Source: Octopus vulgaris
Taxonomy: Eukaryota
Length of the DNA stretch: 64,000 bases
NCBI GenBank assembly: GCA_951406725.2
Contig: OX597834.1
Span: 40,672,001 to 40,736,000, forward strand
Direction: 5' to 3'
Of this stretch, positions 38,937 through 51,119 are shown piece after piece (the stretch's first letter is position 1; every line of letters begins with the position of its first letter). A program made the position numbers and the translations under genes. Below the pieces are notes generated by a model. The model saw only the letters and a program-made list of their open reading frames with translations. It was not told where the DNA came from and did no database searches.

Positions 38937-39199
38937 TTAATGTGTATATTTTCAAAGGGAGTGTTTCAAGAGGAACGGTAAACGAAGTACATTATTTACT
39001 GGGTTACTAGATTCTTGAACCTTTCTGATTCTACCCTGTTTCTTATGATAAACAATTTGAAGGTATAGCTGTAGTTTACAAATATGTAAACTTCATTACA
39101 AGGTTATGTGATGTAATTTTAGTAACGAATTAAAAAAGGAAAGTTTGATTGTTCAGGTAAAGTTTCTATATTTACAGTCTATCAACATAGAATTGTAGT

Positions 39200-39538
39200 T
39201 GAGACCCCCTTCGGTCATGACTGACCATGGGATTGCACCTAGAAAGTTACCCTCCCAGGCACAAGTCCAGGCAAGGTTGTTTACGGAAGACCAGCAGTCG
39301 CCCATGCATACCGGCCTCCCCTCACCATGCCACCAGTGTTATCCAAGGGAAAGGCAAAGGGGCCGATACAGCTTGGCACCTGTGACGTCTCAACTCATTT
39401 CTACAGCTGAGTGAACTAGAGCAACATGAAATAAAGTGTCTTGCTCAAGAACACAATATGCAGCCTGTTTCGGGATTCGAACTCACAACCTCACAGTCGT
39501 AAGCTTGACGCTCTAACCACTGAGCCATGCGCCTTCAC
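39200..39538 (-). mobile_element. Full-length tRNA-headed SINE, family B, 12-bp TSD
   Basis: Head GGCGCATGGCTCAGTGGTTAGAGCG..GAGTTCGAATCCC; TSD TAGAATTGTAGT at 39188-39199 and 39539-39550. Confidence 0.88.
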
Positions 39539-39862
39539 TAGAATTGTAGTAAAAGTTCCATTACTAAATTTTTATTTTATTAGTCTATACTTAATCTTAT
39601 CTTGTTTCTTTATTATTTCAGAGTATCAGTTGATATTGGTATTAAAGAATTTTCTACTTTGGAAGCACCATAACTATTCATCATAATTCATAGACAAAGA
39701 CATGGAATACACTGAACAGATATGAACCTGTTTATATAAATCTCCAGTAGAATTGCATCAGAAAATGTCCTCTGAGGTTATTAACAAAATTTTTCTACTT
39801 CACTACATTTAAAAACTAAAGAAAGAAAAGCATTTGTTCATTGTGATGATAGAAGGAAAATT

Positions 39863-41053
39863 ATGGAAAATGAAATTTGCGAGCAAAAAATTAAATGTGA
39901 AACGCAGATTAAAAGGACTGGTTTTCTGGATAATATAACGAAAGAGAAACAAAAAACATTGCACTACTGTAATATCTGTAAAAAGTCCTTCTCACATAAA
40001 GGTCACAAACGTATTCATACAGGAGAAAAACCATATCACTGTGATATCTGTGGTAAATCATTCTCTCATAAAAATATCTTAACTACTCATATCCGTATAC
40101 ATACGGGAGAAAGACCATTTCACTGCGATATCTGTGGCGAATCATTCTCTCATAGAAATACCTTAACAACCCACAGGCGTATTCATACAGGTGAAAAACC
40201 CTATTTTTGTAATATCTGTGGTAAATCATTCTCTCGAAGTGGTGGTGACTTAACTAAACACAAACGTATTCATACAGGTGAGAAACCATTTCGTTGTGAT
40301 ACCTGTGGAAAATCATTCTCTTCAAGTAGTAATTTAACTTCTCACAAACGCATTCATACAGGAGAGAAACCGTATCACTGTGATATCTGTGGTAACTCGT
40401 TTTCTCAAAGTGATCATTTAACTAAACACAAGCATGTTCACACAGGAGAAAAACCATATCAGTGTGATATCTGTGATAAATCATTCTCTCAAGCTGGTCA
40501 CTTAACTAAGCATAAACGTGTTCATACAGGAGAGAAACCATATCAGTGTGATATCTGTGGTCGATCATTCTCTCGAAATCACCACTTGACTACTCACAAC
40601 CGTATCCATACAGGAGAGAAGCCATATCACTGTGATATCTGTGGTAAATCATTTTTACAAACTGGCCACTTAACTAAGCACAGACGCATTCATACTGGAG
40701 AGAAACCGTATCAGTGTGATATCTGTGATAAATCATTCTCTCGAAATCATAACTTAACTACTCACAAACGTGTTCATACAGGAGAGAAGCCATATCAGTG
40801 TGATATCTGTGGTATTTCGTTCTGTCAAAGTGGTGAGTTAACTACTCACAAATACAGACATACAGGGGAGAAACCATATCACTGCGATATTTGTAGTAAA
40901 TCATTTTCTCGAAACGATCAATTAACTACTCATAGATATATTCATACGGGAGAGAAGCCATATCACTGTGATATTTGTGGAAAATCATTTTCTCAAAGAT
41001 GTAGTGTATCTAGACACAAGCATATTCATACAGGAGTAAAGCCATGTGACTGA
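39863..41053 (+). CDS. C2H2 zinc-finger protein ZNF-2 (13 fingers; finger 1 shortened by 4 aa, finger 4 has 1 extra aa)
   Basis: [12 protein letters not shown] leader followed by TGEKP-linked fingers. Confidence 0.93.
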   Translation: MENEICEQKIKCETQIKRTGFLDNITKEKQKTLHYCNICKKSFSHKGHKRIHTGEKPYHCDICGKSFSHKNILTTHIRIHTGERPFHCDICGESFSHRNTLTTHRRIHTGEKPYFCNICGKSFSRSGGDLTKHKRIHTGEKPFRCDTCGKSFSSSSNLTSHKRIHTGEKPYHCDICGNSFSQSDHLTKHKHVHTGEKPYQCDICDKSFSQAGHLTKHKRVHTGEKPYQCDICGRSFSRNHHLTTHNRIHTGEKPYHCDICGKSFLQTGHLTKHRRIHTGEKPYQCDICDKSFSRNHNLTTHKRVHTGEKPYQCDICGISFCQSGELTTHKYRHTGEKPYHCDICSKSFSRNDQLTTHRYIHTGEKPYHCDICGKSFSQRCSVSRHKHIHTGVKPCD

Positions 41054-41656
41054 TATCAAGGATAAACCCTTCTTTAAAAATAAATCAATTTTATATACAT
41101 GTGTGTATTCCATGAAGGAAATTAACTGTATCAACGCCAACACTCTAAGCACATGTATCTACAAACAAAATAGAAGATATAACTGTATGATAACAATCTG
41201 CCAATATTATAATTTATACAGTCACAACTGGACATTGGTGAGATAATTTCTGTGGTAGAAGTTGTGAATCATTGTAATCATCAAAGTTTTAATGTCCATT
41301 CTGTATGGTGTTATACGTTGGACATACCTACCGTACAGTGTATCAGGCATGTCAAACTGCAGAGTCCTTGTGGGCCACATTGCTCACATACATGTTGCAA
41401 TAGGGTCTGCATACTCTAAAAGACACATTTAGAACAAAGACTCCTGTCATATCAATTCTTTATTATTAAGTAAAAATCCTTTAAAACCGTTTATTTGCTC
41501 ATCATTAATACTATTTTTATTAATTAAATTATTATTAATTATTTTTACTATCAAGAATTTTTCGGGTTTCCCGTTTTTAAATGTCTAAGAGGGGATATCA
41601 GGGGACTGACACTCCTGGTGGTATGCTGTGCTTGAGAAAACACATCAAGCTAAGTA

Positions 41657-41816
41657 CTGTATTTTACATGTATAAGGAACCCCTTAATTTTTGGGGCTTG
41701 AAATTTGGGAAAAAGGTTTTGTAAAGGATTATAATACTATCCATGTGTAAGAAACTCTCATGTTTTCTTAACCTAATTTTTGACAAAAAAGGGTTCTTAT
41801 ACATGTTAAAATACAG
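41657..41816. mobile_element. Tc1/pogo-like MITE with TA TSD
   Basis: TIRs CTGTATTTTACATGTATAAGGAACCC and GGGTTCTTATACATGTTAAAATACAG, TA on both sides. Confidence 0.75.
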
Positions 41817-42110
41817 TAAATACGTGATCATCCTTGCATACAACCATGTCCCCAGGATCTCTCTTCAGCTGAGTATTCCTAATCTTGAGGGATTGTGGGT
41901 ACCAGTGCCCTGTAGAAAACACCTGTGCTGGTGTCATGTAAAAGCACCCTGTACACTGTGTAAAGTGGTTGGTGTTAGGAAGGACATCCACCCGTAGAAA
42001 CCATGCCAAAACAAGCAACTGGAACCTGGACAACTCCTGTCAAACCATCCAACCCGTTCCAGCGTGGAAGATGGATGATAAATGATCATGACACTAATAA
42101 TGATTTTTAA

Positions 42111-42308
42111 CCCTTTCGTTACTGTATTTATTTTGGGATGATCTGTGTTTCTTTCAATTAATTTTAAATGTAACAAAGAATTTAGTAAAATAATTTAGTT
42201 GTCATTCAACTAGTGTTAGGAACATAAATTTTAATTCAAAACTTATGAAAACAAGACATCTGTACTAAAGAGCCAGAGGCGGTTTCAGCCGGGTTGGTAA
42301 CGGAAGGG
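42111..42308. mobile_element. Second piggyBac-type MITE family
   Basis: TTAA|CCCTTTCGTTAC..GTAACGGAAGGG|TTAA. Confidence 0.8.
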
Positions 42309-42407
42309 TTAAACATCTAGCAATGCCACTTATGGTCCCCACTTGTGTTTGAAAATGGCCACCTGTTGCTTGCAGATTGCGTGTTTGACATGTTGGCAGT
42401 CGTGTGC

Positions 42408-42600
42408 AGACAATTCGCTGATTGGACAATAAGTCAACATGCGGAAGTATTGATCATAGAGTTCACCAAAATGGAACGAGGAGGCAGAAGGCTTCTATAC
42501 GAAGGAGACGCCTATATCATTGATAGAACCAGAAAATTGTCCAATCGGTCAATTGTCCTGTCTGTAAGTTATCTGTTGGTGAATCGCCTGTCTATCGTCT
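42408..42600 (+). mobile_element. MULE-like relic (start of a FLYWCH-type domain, subterminal inverted repeats)
   Basis: IEFTKMERGGRRLLYEGDAYII; GACAATT..ATTGGACAAT versus ATTGTCCAAT..AATTGTC. Confidence 0.5.
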
Positions 42601-43294
42601 GATATTTTCAATATTTTGTTTTCTCAATTGTTGGATCCAGAATCCAGAGTTCTGACCTTATTACTTTTTATAATTATATTTTAAAAAAACGTTGCCCTTT
42701 TCAAGCTTAGCCAGGCTCATGGGCCCGGTTTCTGTGGCGTATGTGCTCCCCCCAGCTGTACTGGACACCAGTTCATCGCAGCGTTACTCAAGAAACAGGA
42801 AGAGAGAGTGAGAGAAAGTTGTGGCAAAAGAGTACAACAGGGGTCGCCCCCACCCCCTGCCGGAGCCTCATGGAGCTTTTGGGTGTCTTCACTCAATAAA
42901 CACACACAACGCCTGCTCTAGGAATCGAAACTGCAATCTTCCGACCGCGAGTCCGCTGCCCTAACTACTGGGCCATTGTGCCTCCTATAATTATATGTAA
43001 TGACATGAAATTCAAATAAACCTGTTCATTTTCACATTATTCTCCTCATTTCATATGCAGAAACCATCTTAACACTTGAACTAATCCAACCATAAACTTT
43101 AAAATTCACAAACTTGAGGAGTTTTTAGTTACATGCCTAGCTATACAGTTAAGTTTGCACACATCTGCTAGATAGGTCTGTGTTCAATCCCACTGCAAGT
43201 GTGTTCATCATATTCTTCAGCCTCAAATTGACCAATACCTTGTGAGTGAAATTTTGTAAACAGAAACCTCATAAACCCGTTTTATACATATTAG

Positions 43295-43830
43295 AAGTAG
43301 TAGACAGTTTCGTTACTGAGGTGACCCAATTAGTAGTGGTGGAGGTCGTTCTGAAAGCATAGCCACCAGAATAAGAATAGGCTGGGCAAAGTTCAAAGAG
43401 TTGTTGCTTCTGTTAGTAATGAAGGGCCTCTTCCTCAGAGTGAAAGGGAGGTTAAACGATGACTGTGTAAGATTATGGACTGTGAGTGCTGAGAAAATGC
43501 AAAGACTTGAAAGAAAAGAAGCCAGTATGGTCCACTGGATGGGTAATGTCAGTGTGCATGTAGAACAGAGTGTAAGTGATTTGAGAGAAAAACTGGATGT
43601 ATGAGGCATCAGATCTAGTGTGCAGCAGAGAAGACTGCACTGGTACAGTCATGTAATGCATATGGATGAGGACAGCTGCATCAAGAAGTGCTGGGCTCTA
43701 ATTATGGAGGGAACATGTGGAAGGGGTAGACCCAGGAAGACGGACAAAGTAATGAGAGGGGATCTTCAGATGTTGGGTATCAGAGGAGATGACGGGATCA
43801 AGACTTCTGGCTGTTTGCTGTGCTTGAAAA
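43295..43830 (+). mobile_element. RTE-clade LINE C-terminal fragment
   Basis: GGGRSESIATRIRIGWAKFKELL..RVKGRL..RRLHWYSHVMHM..GRGRPRKT, degenerate. Confidence 0.8.
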
Positions 43831-44459
43831 GATGTGAAGCTTTTCAGGCTTTGTGCTTTTAGAAGAAAGGATTATTTATCATTATCATCATTTAACATCT
43901 GCTGTCCATACTGGCATGGGTTGGATGGTTTGACCAGGGCTGGCAAGCTGGAAGGCTGCACCAGACTCCAGTCTTATATGGCATGGTTTCTATGGCTGGA
44001 TGCCCTTTCTAATGCCAGTCTGAGAGTGTAATGGGTGCTTTTACGTGCCACCAGCATGGGTGCCATTTGCATGACACTGGTATCTGCCAAGACTGCGATC
44101 TTGTACAGCTTGATGGGTCTTCTTCTCAAGCATGACATAATGCCAAAGGTCTCGGTCATTGCCTCTAAGAAACCCAACACTCAAAAGGAACTCACCTCCA
44201 TGAGGACCAATGCTTGGATGGAACTTGCCTCTGTGAGACTCAATGCTTGAAACGAACTCAACCACTTTGCCTCCATGAGGCCCAACACTCGAAAGGTGCT
44301 CTCTACACACCACTGGCATGGGTGCCAGTTACACGGTACCAACATCACTCATGATTATGATTTCATTGGGCTTGATGAGTCTTCTCATGCACAGCACATC
44401 GCTAAAGGTCTCGGTCACTCGTCATTGCCTCAGTGAGGCTCAAAGTTTGAAGATCATGC

Positions 44460-45115
44460 TCCACCACCTTGTCCCATGTCTACCTCTACCACAGGTGCTC
44501 TCCACAGTTAGAGATCACTTCTTTACATACCTGTCCTCGTCCATACACATCACATGACCATACCAGTGCAGTCGTCTCTCTTACACACCACATCTGATAC
44601 CTCTTATAGTTAATTTTTCTCGCAAGATGCTTACCCTGTGTCAAACATACTCACTGACATTGCACATCCAGCAAAGCATACTGGCTTCATTTCTTTCAAG
44701 CCTACACTCTCACATCCCATGTTTCACTGCCATGTAGCATAGCAGTTTGCACACAGGCATCATACAATCTGCCTTTCACTCTAAGAGATAGACTCTTTGT
44801 TGCCAGCAGAGGTAGAAGCTCTCTGAATTTTGCTCAGCCTAATCGTATTCTCACAGCTATGCTCTCGGAGCATCCACCTTCACTACTAAGTTGGTCACCT
44901 AGATAACAGGAGCTACCTACTACTTCAAGCTTGCCCACCTGGCAGTTGATGGAGTCTATTTTCTGTACATTTTCAGCGTATATTGTATCTGTGCATCTTT
45001 CACATACAAAAGCTATTTTCCCTGTTAGCCTTGCTCTGATATAGCTGCACCTTTTATGTGTCCAAAGCTTACACCGGGTGCATCTGATGGGGTTCCTACC
45101 TACACCTTTTCTAAA
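44460..45115 (-). mobile_element. RTE-clade LINE C-terminal fragment, inverted relative to 43295-43830
   Basis: Reverse complement is homologous to 43295-43830 (RIRLG.AKFRELLPLL; LHGSETW; RLHWYGHVM). Confidence 0.75.
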
Positions 45116-45699
45116 TATATGCCACTTTCGATAATACTCTTCAATGCAGCTAAAAACTTCTAATTCTCCGTGAAAGCGGACGTTAAACGATGATGATGAT
45201 ATATGTACATGTATGCACGTGTGAGACTGTGTTTAATTTTACATACACAAGTATAAATATATGAATGTACATAAAAGCATTTACAGATAAGTTAGTACCT
45301 ATGTACACACATTTTTTTATATTACTTTTTCCAGTCATTAAAAAGTTTTAGTCAAATGAATTGACCCCAGTACTTAAAGCCTTGTGAAATATCAGCTACC
45401 TAGTGTTTCCTCACCAAAATATTAAATTTATTTAGCCATTTTTCAAGCTGGTTTAGTGATTGAGGTTTGAATGAGCGCACATATCTTGAAGGTAGTGTGC
45501 AACGGAAGGGAGATAATTAACTGTACAGAAAATAGCCTTTAGTGTGGAAAATTTCATAAACCAACACTGGAATGAATTATAGTCTGTTTGGTGGTTTATC
45601 TTTAATTCCTCTGATGTACTTTGTAAAATGCAGACATGATGAAAAGTCTTAGTTTTCCTATTTATACAGTTCCTGGTAGTTCTTGGGGTCTTTAGATGA

Positions 45700-46183
45700 C
45701 ATGCATAAGATCTGGTCATCAAATCTAAGTAGAGACTTCAAACTTGAAATCTTCAAAGCCACAGTCGAACCAATTCTACTATATGGCTCAGAAACCTGGA
45801 CGTTATCAAAGAAGCTTGAGAGGCGGTTGGATGGAACCTACACTCGCCTCCTTATGAGAGCTCAAAATCTCTCGTGGAAGCGCCATCCAACCAAAATGCA
45901 AATATATGGGAAACTACCACCTGTGTCATCTCTTGTGAAAGGTAGAAGAGTCCAGTTTGCTGGACATTGTTGTAGAGCTGAAAACGAGGTGATTTCTACT
46001 CTTCTCCTCTGGAAGCCATCTGCACGCGATACCAGAGGGCGCACACTCTCCTACCCTGATGTAATCTCCAGGGATACAGGCATCTAGCAACAGGACCTCC
46101 GTAATGCTATGATGGACCATGAAGTCTGGCGTAGCATGGTAAATTCCATTGTCTCGACCACGGTCGAACAATGATGATGATGA
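45700..46183 (+). mobile_element. 5'-truncated RTE-like LINE with (ATG)n tail and 8-bp TSD
   Basis: MHKIWSSNLSRDFKLEIFKATVEPILLYGSETWTL..FAGHC; TSD TTAGATGA at 45692-45699 and 46184-46191. Confidence 0.85.
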
Positions 46184-47562
46184 TTAGATGATCCAGTTTT
46201 TCAAGTGACCACAAAGAACGTGATTTTGACCTGTTAACGTAAGGTGTGATCTCAGAAAGGATCTTCCATTTGATGAAGTCATTGATGTTTGCATCCTTCA
46301 GTCTCTATATTTATGCCAAGAGCATCGTTGCATGTCTCCTTTTGAAGTGCCTAAAGGTAGTAAAATGGTTGTTGTATCTGGATTTAAATGTTCCCTTCAG
46401 ACTTTATATAGCATTTAATCTCTGCCGAGCCAGTGCCGTAGTTTGCTGCTGCATGTGCCTCATAAAAACAAAGGACATGACGCTTGCCTTGCTCTAGAGG
46501 TCATTCAGATTTATATCTGCATCTGCATTCTGAATGAGTCATCAGTTGCTCATTGATGTAGGTACCATGTAAAAAAACATCCAGTACACTCTGTAAAGTG
46601 GTTGGGGATTAGAAAGGGCATCCAGCTGTAGAAGCCAAGCCAAAACAGACTAGGGAACCTGGTGTAGCCCTTGGCTTTGCCAGTTTCTGTCAAGCCATCC
46701 AACCCATGCCAGCATGGAAAACGGACATTAAATGATGATGACAACATACATACGGACAAAATAAGTGTATTTATTTATATCAATTTTGAATAATTGCTTT
46801 AACAAATTTAGTCTATTGATTGGTTGACTAAATGATTAATCAAACGATTGATTAGCTAATTGGTTAAATGTTAATGAATTGACTAATAATAATAAAAGAA
46901 GTGAAATTGGACCAGTGTGTTTATAACTGGCATAATGACCGTCCCAAGATACAATAAAATTTTAGTTGCATGTAACAGGAAAAGAAATTAGAGAAAATAA
47001 TTCAGGAGTAAACCAGCTTCAGATTTCTAGTTATTCACAAAGGACGACAAAGTCAGAATTTAAGATTCTGTGCCTCAATGCTGAAATGACAACCAACTGA
47101 GAAAATATAGCGATGGCTTGTACAAGAGACATGCCCAATTCATAGCAACAAACATAATGGACATTTAAAATATTAATGATGATGGTTTAGAAACTATAAA
47201 TTTATTCAAATTTGAGGCCACACTGACACACACATATGTAATTATGTGATTTTTGAAGGAAGAATGATTTATCACAGATATCAGCTTGTTTTGCAAGTTA
47301 CTCGGTGACCCTGTCAGTGCTGGTGCCACATAAACAATCACTGTTGATGGTGTTATGTAAATGAAAAAAGCACTCGTGCTGATGCCCGATAAAAAGCACC
47401 CAGGACACTCTGTAAAGTGGTTGGCATTAAGAAGGGCAGTTAGCAGCAGAAATCATGCTAGAGCAGACAACAGAATCTGCTGTAGCCCCCTGGCCTTACA
47501 GCTGCTATCAAACTGTCCAACCAATGCCAGCATAGAAAATGGACATTAAATGATGCGGATGA

Positions 47563-48588
47563 TCAGTTATATGTTGTTTCATCTGTATGAACACACTTGT
47601 GTCGAGTTAAGCAACCTGTCTGAGAGAATGACTTATCACAGGTACGACAATGATATGGCTTCTCTCCTGTATGAATACGTATGTGTGTGGTTAAGTCACC
47701 ACTTCTGGAGAAGGATTTACCACAGATATCACAGCAATATGGCTTCTCTCCTGTATGAATGCGTATATGTGTAGTTAATTCGCTACTTCCTGAAAATGAT
47801 TTGCCACAGATATCACAGTGGTGTTGCTTCTCTCCTGTATGAATGCGTTTATGAGTGACCAATGTGCTGCCTACAGAGAACGATTTGCCGCAGATGTCAC
47901 AGTGATATGGTTTCTCTCCTGAATGAACACGTTTATGTTTGGTTAAATCACTACTGGTGGAGAATGGTTTACCACAAGTATCACAGTGATAGGGCTTCTC
48001 TCCTGTATGAATGTATTTATGTTTAGATATGTCACTATTTTGTGAGAATGATTTGCCACAGATATCACAGTGATATGGCTTCTCACCTGTATGAATACGT
48101 TTGTGAATAGTCAAGTGACTTGTCTGAGAGAATGATGTACCACAGATATCACAGCAATAAGGTTTATCTCCTGTATGGAAACGTTTGTGAGTAGTTAAGT
48201 GACTCTTCTGAGAGAATGATTTACCACAGATATCGCAGTGATAGGGTTTGTCTCCAGTATGAAAACGCTTGTGAATAGTCAAATGACTGGTTTGAGAAAA
48301 TGTTTTCCCACAGACATCACAGTGATATGGCTTCTCTCCTGTATGAATGCGTTTGTGTCTTTTTAAATGACCAGTTTCAGAGAATGATTTACCACAGATA
48401 TCGCAGTGATATGGTTTTTCCCCTGTATGAATACGTCTGTGAGTAGTTATGCTAGCTTTCTGATGGAATGTCTTTTTGCAGATATCACAGTGGTACGATA
48501 TTTTCCCAATCTCTTTAGACATCTTATCAGAAAAATCAATGCTTTTTGACTGTTTTTTAACATTTAATTTGGTTTTCACATAATCCAT
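47563..48588 (-). CDS. C2H2 zinc-finger protein ZNF-3 (11 fingers)
   Basis: TGEKP-linked fingers; the ancestral-type ATG at 48595 is out of frame. Confidence 0.9.
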   Translation of the reverse strand: MDYVKTKLNVKKQSKSIDFSDKMSKEIGKISYHCDICKKTFHQKASITTHRRIHTGEKPYHCDICGKSFSETGHLKRHKRIHTGEKPYHCDVCGKTFSQTSHLTIHKRFHTGDKPYHCDICGKSFSQKSHLTTHKRFHTGDKPYCCDICGTSFSQTSHLTIHKRIHTGEKPYHCDICGKSFSQNSDISKHKYIHTGEKPYHCDTCGKPFSTSSDLTKHKRVHSGEKPYHCDICGKSFSVGSTLVTHKRIHTGEKQHHCDICGKSFSGSSELTTHIRIHTGEKPYCCDICGKSFSRSGDLTTHIRIHTGEKPYHCRTCDKSFSQTGCLTRHKCVHTDETTYN

Positions 48589-48840
48589 TCTCCATAATTT
48601 ATTTTTATGCCACTACAATATAATTATTTCCTTTTTGTTTTTATACTTCCAATAACGATTTCTGTTGCTCTGTTGTCAACAACTGTAATAACCGTCTGTC
48701 AATATCTGAAGATACAAAGTTCTTTGCAACTTTCTCCACGTTTAATTGGAATCCAAACTCATGTTGTAATCATTCCATTAATGAAGCAGTGCAATGTTGC
48801 TAATAATCTCAATCAGAGGAAATATTACACAGTAATTGTA

Positions 48841-48880
<40 letters not shown>

Positions 48881-49810
48881 CTCCTGGAGTCTTTAAAGAT
48901 GATAAATACTGAAGAAGCATTAGTAGTAAAATATTGTTACGCCAGTGCCATCTGATATTCTGAAATAGAGAAACAGTATAAGAAATAGAGGACGCTTAAA
49001 AGCAGGGATTTAACAGGGGAAATTTTGTTACATTTCTATAAATATGAACTGTTGACATATACATTTACTTGAAGAACTGAGCTTTACTTTTATTTAATAT
49101 GTTGTTTATATTGCATGAAACACCATTGATTGAAGTCTAAACATTTACAAATAACAGCCACACTTTCAGATTTTGTAACATAATATATTAAATTAAATCA
49201 CTTTTTAAAGTTATCTCTACAAGATTTCTTATAAAATTTGGAGCCAACACTGAAAGTTGCGATGTTTTGTATATGAAGACAGAGATATAGATATAGATAT
49301 TGTGGTGCACCTAAGCACTGGATACAATAATTTCATTATTATTATAAAGAGTGTATATTCATACGTTGTAACCAATAACGTAGCTAGAGTGCGTGCTGCC
49401 CGGGGTGGCCCTTGTTTGCCGATCCCGGACCCCACAAAAAAAAAAAAAAAAAAAACACATATTGCCTACAGTATAAATTAACACAAGATTTTTTGAAAGG
49501 TAGTTTTAATTTAGATCACTTGAAAATTTAAGGTTTGTATCCAGGCACCAGAGGCGGTCTCGGGTCAATTAACATCTAAAAGGTTTTAATATTTCACTTT
49601 CGTAGGAGGTTTGATTCGTAAATATTCGCCAAACCTAGAAGTTTAACAACGGTTAATCCAGGGTTTTCGAAAATTACAGATCATCAAGGATCGCTTGATA
49701 GTTTTTATCCTGATGAAGAAATAATAACTTTTCTCAATATATCTTCAAAGAGACACAGAATTCTATAATCTTTATTACATTTTTAAAGCCTTAAAGCAAA
49801 TATTTGTTAA

Positions 49811-49825
49811 CTTACCGTTTTAAAA
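49811..49825 (-). promoter_or_regulatory. Probable ZNF-3 exon-1 splice donor (exon 2 begins at 48959)
   Basis: AAAACG|GTAAGTT, same context as the ZNF-5 donor, with homologous intron start. Confidence 0.5.
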
Positions 49826-50387
49826 CATACATTGAATTGTGTCTTTTTTTATCAAACAATAAAATAATTAAAGTATCTCATCGTTAGACTGGGTTGTTTT
49901 CAAATATTTGATCAACAAAATCTTACGATTTGGACATAAGTGCAGCTTCTTCTTCGTTTCGTATCTCGTCACAGCCAAGCAGCGAAGCTAACGTCATGTC
50001 TTTCGCCGTAGTTTCGATATGAAACATATGCGTGTGTAGGGAGCAGAAACTCGCTATGGAGCGAGCAGACAGCAGGAGAAATCTTTCGAAGAACTCCCGC
50101 TGAACAAATGCTTCGGCCCGTTAGTTCCTGACACTCTAAGGGAGCTGGGACCACCTAAGCAGTAACTAGGTGTCCTCTTGCTTATATTTAAATACCACCT
50201 TTAGTAGGGACTGAACTCGGAACTTTTGGGTGAGCTTATTGTTCAGTCACACAAATCCCCGCATGAATTTCTGTATATATTAGGAGCAGGGGTTCTCACC
50301 ATCTTTTACCTTTTAAATGTTTCAGTCATCATATGGGGCCATGCTGGGGCACCGCCTCGGAGGATTTAAGTCAAAGAAATCGACCCA

Positions 50388-51118
50388 GCAGAATCGTTAG
50401 CACACCAGGCGAAATGCTTAGCAGTATTTCGTCTGCGTTACGTTGTGAGTTCGAATTCCGCCGAGGTCGACTTTGCTTTTCATCCTTTCGGGGTCGATAA
50501 ATTAAGTACCAGTTACGCACTGGGGTCCATGTAATCGACTTAATACCATTGTCTGTCCTCTTTGTGTCTGTCCTCTATATTTCTTATACCCTTGTGGGTA
50601 ATGAAGAAATAGGTATTTCGTCTGCCGTTACGTTCTGAGTTCAAATTCCGCCGAGGTCGACTTTACCTTTTATCCTTTCGGGGGGTCGCTAAATTAAGTA
50701 CCAGTTACGCACTGGGGTCAATGTAATCTACTTAGTCCGTTTGTTCCCTCTGTGTTTAGCCCCATGTGGGTAGTAAATAAATAAGTATTTCGTCTGCCTC
50801 ACGTTCTTAGTTCAAATTTCGCCGAGGTCAACTTTGCCTTTCTTTCTTTCGGGCTCGATAAAATAAGTACCAGCTGAGTACTGAGGGTCAACGTAATCGA
50901 CTTACCCCTCCTCTAAAATTTCAGGTCTTGTGCCTTTAATAGAAATGATTAGCGATATTTCATCCATCTTCACGCAGTTCAAATTCTGCCAAGGTCATCT
51001 TTGCGTTTCATCCTTTCAGGGTTGAGAAAATAAGTACCAGTTATATACTGGGATCGATGTAATCACTTACCTCCTCCCCTCAGACTTCAGGCCTTGTGCC
51101 TATAGTAGAAAGGATTAT
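50388..51118 (+). repeat. Head-to-tail array of four SINE family D units with two different tails
   Basis: Each unit restarts at TATTTCGTC/TATTTCATC and contains a GTTCAAATT or GTTCGAATT B box. Confidence 0.8.
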
Positions 51119-51119
51119 A

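Noticed and set aside
47550-47774. Antisense ORFs over the ZNF arrays (also 54568-54837, 60656-60859)
   Set aside because: These are expected shadow frames of the 84-nt finger repeat.
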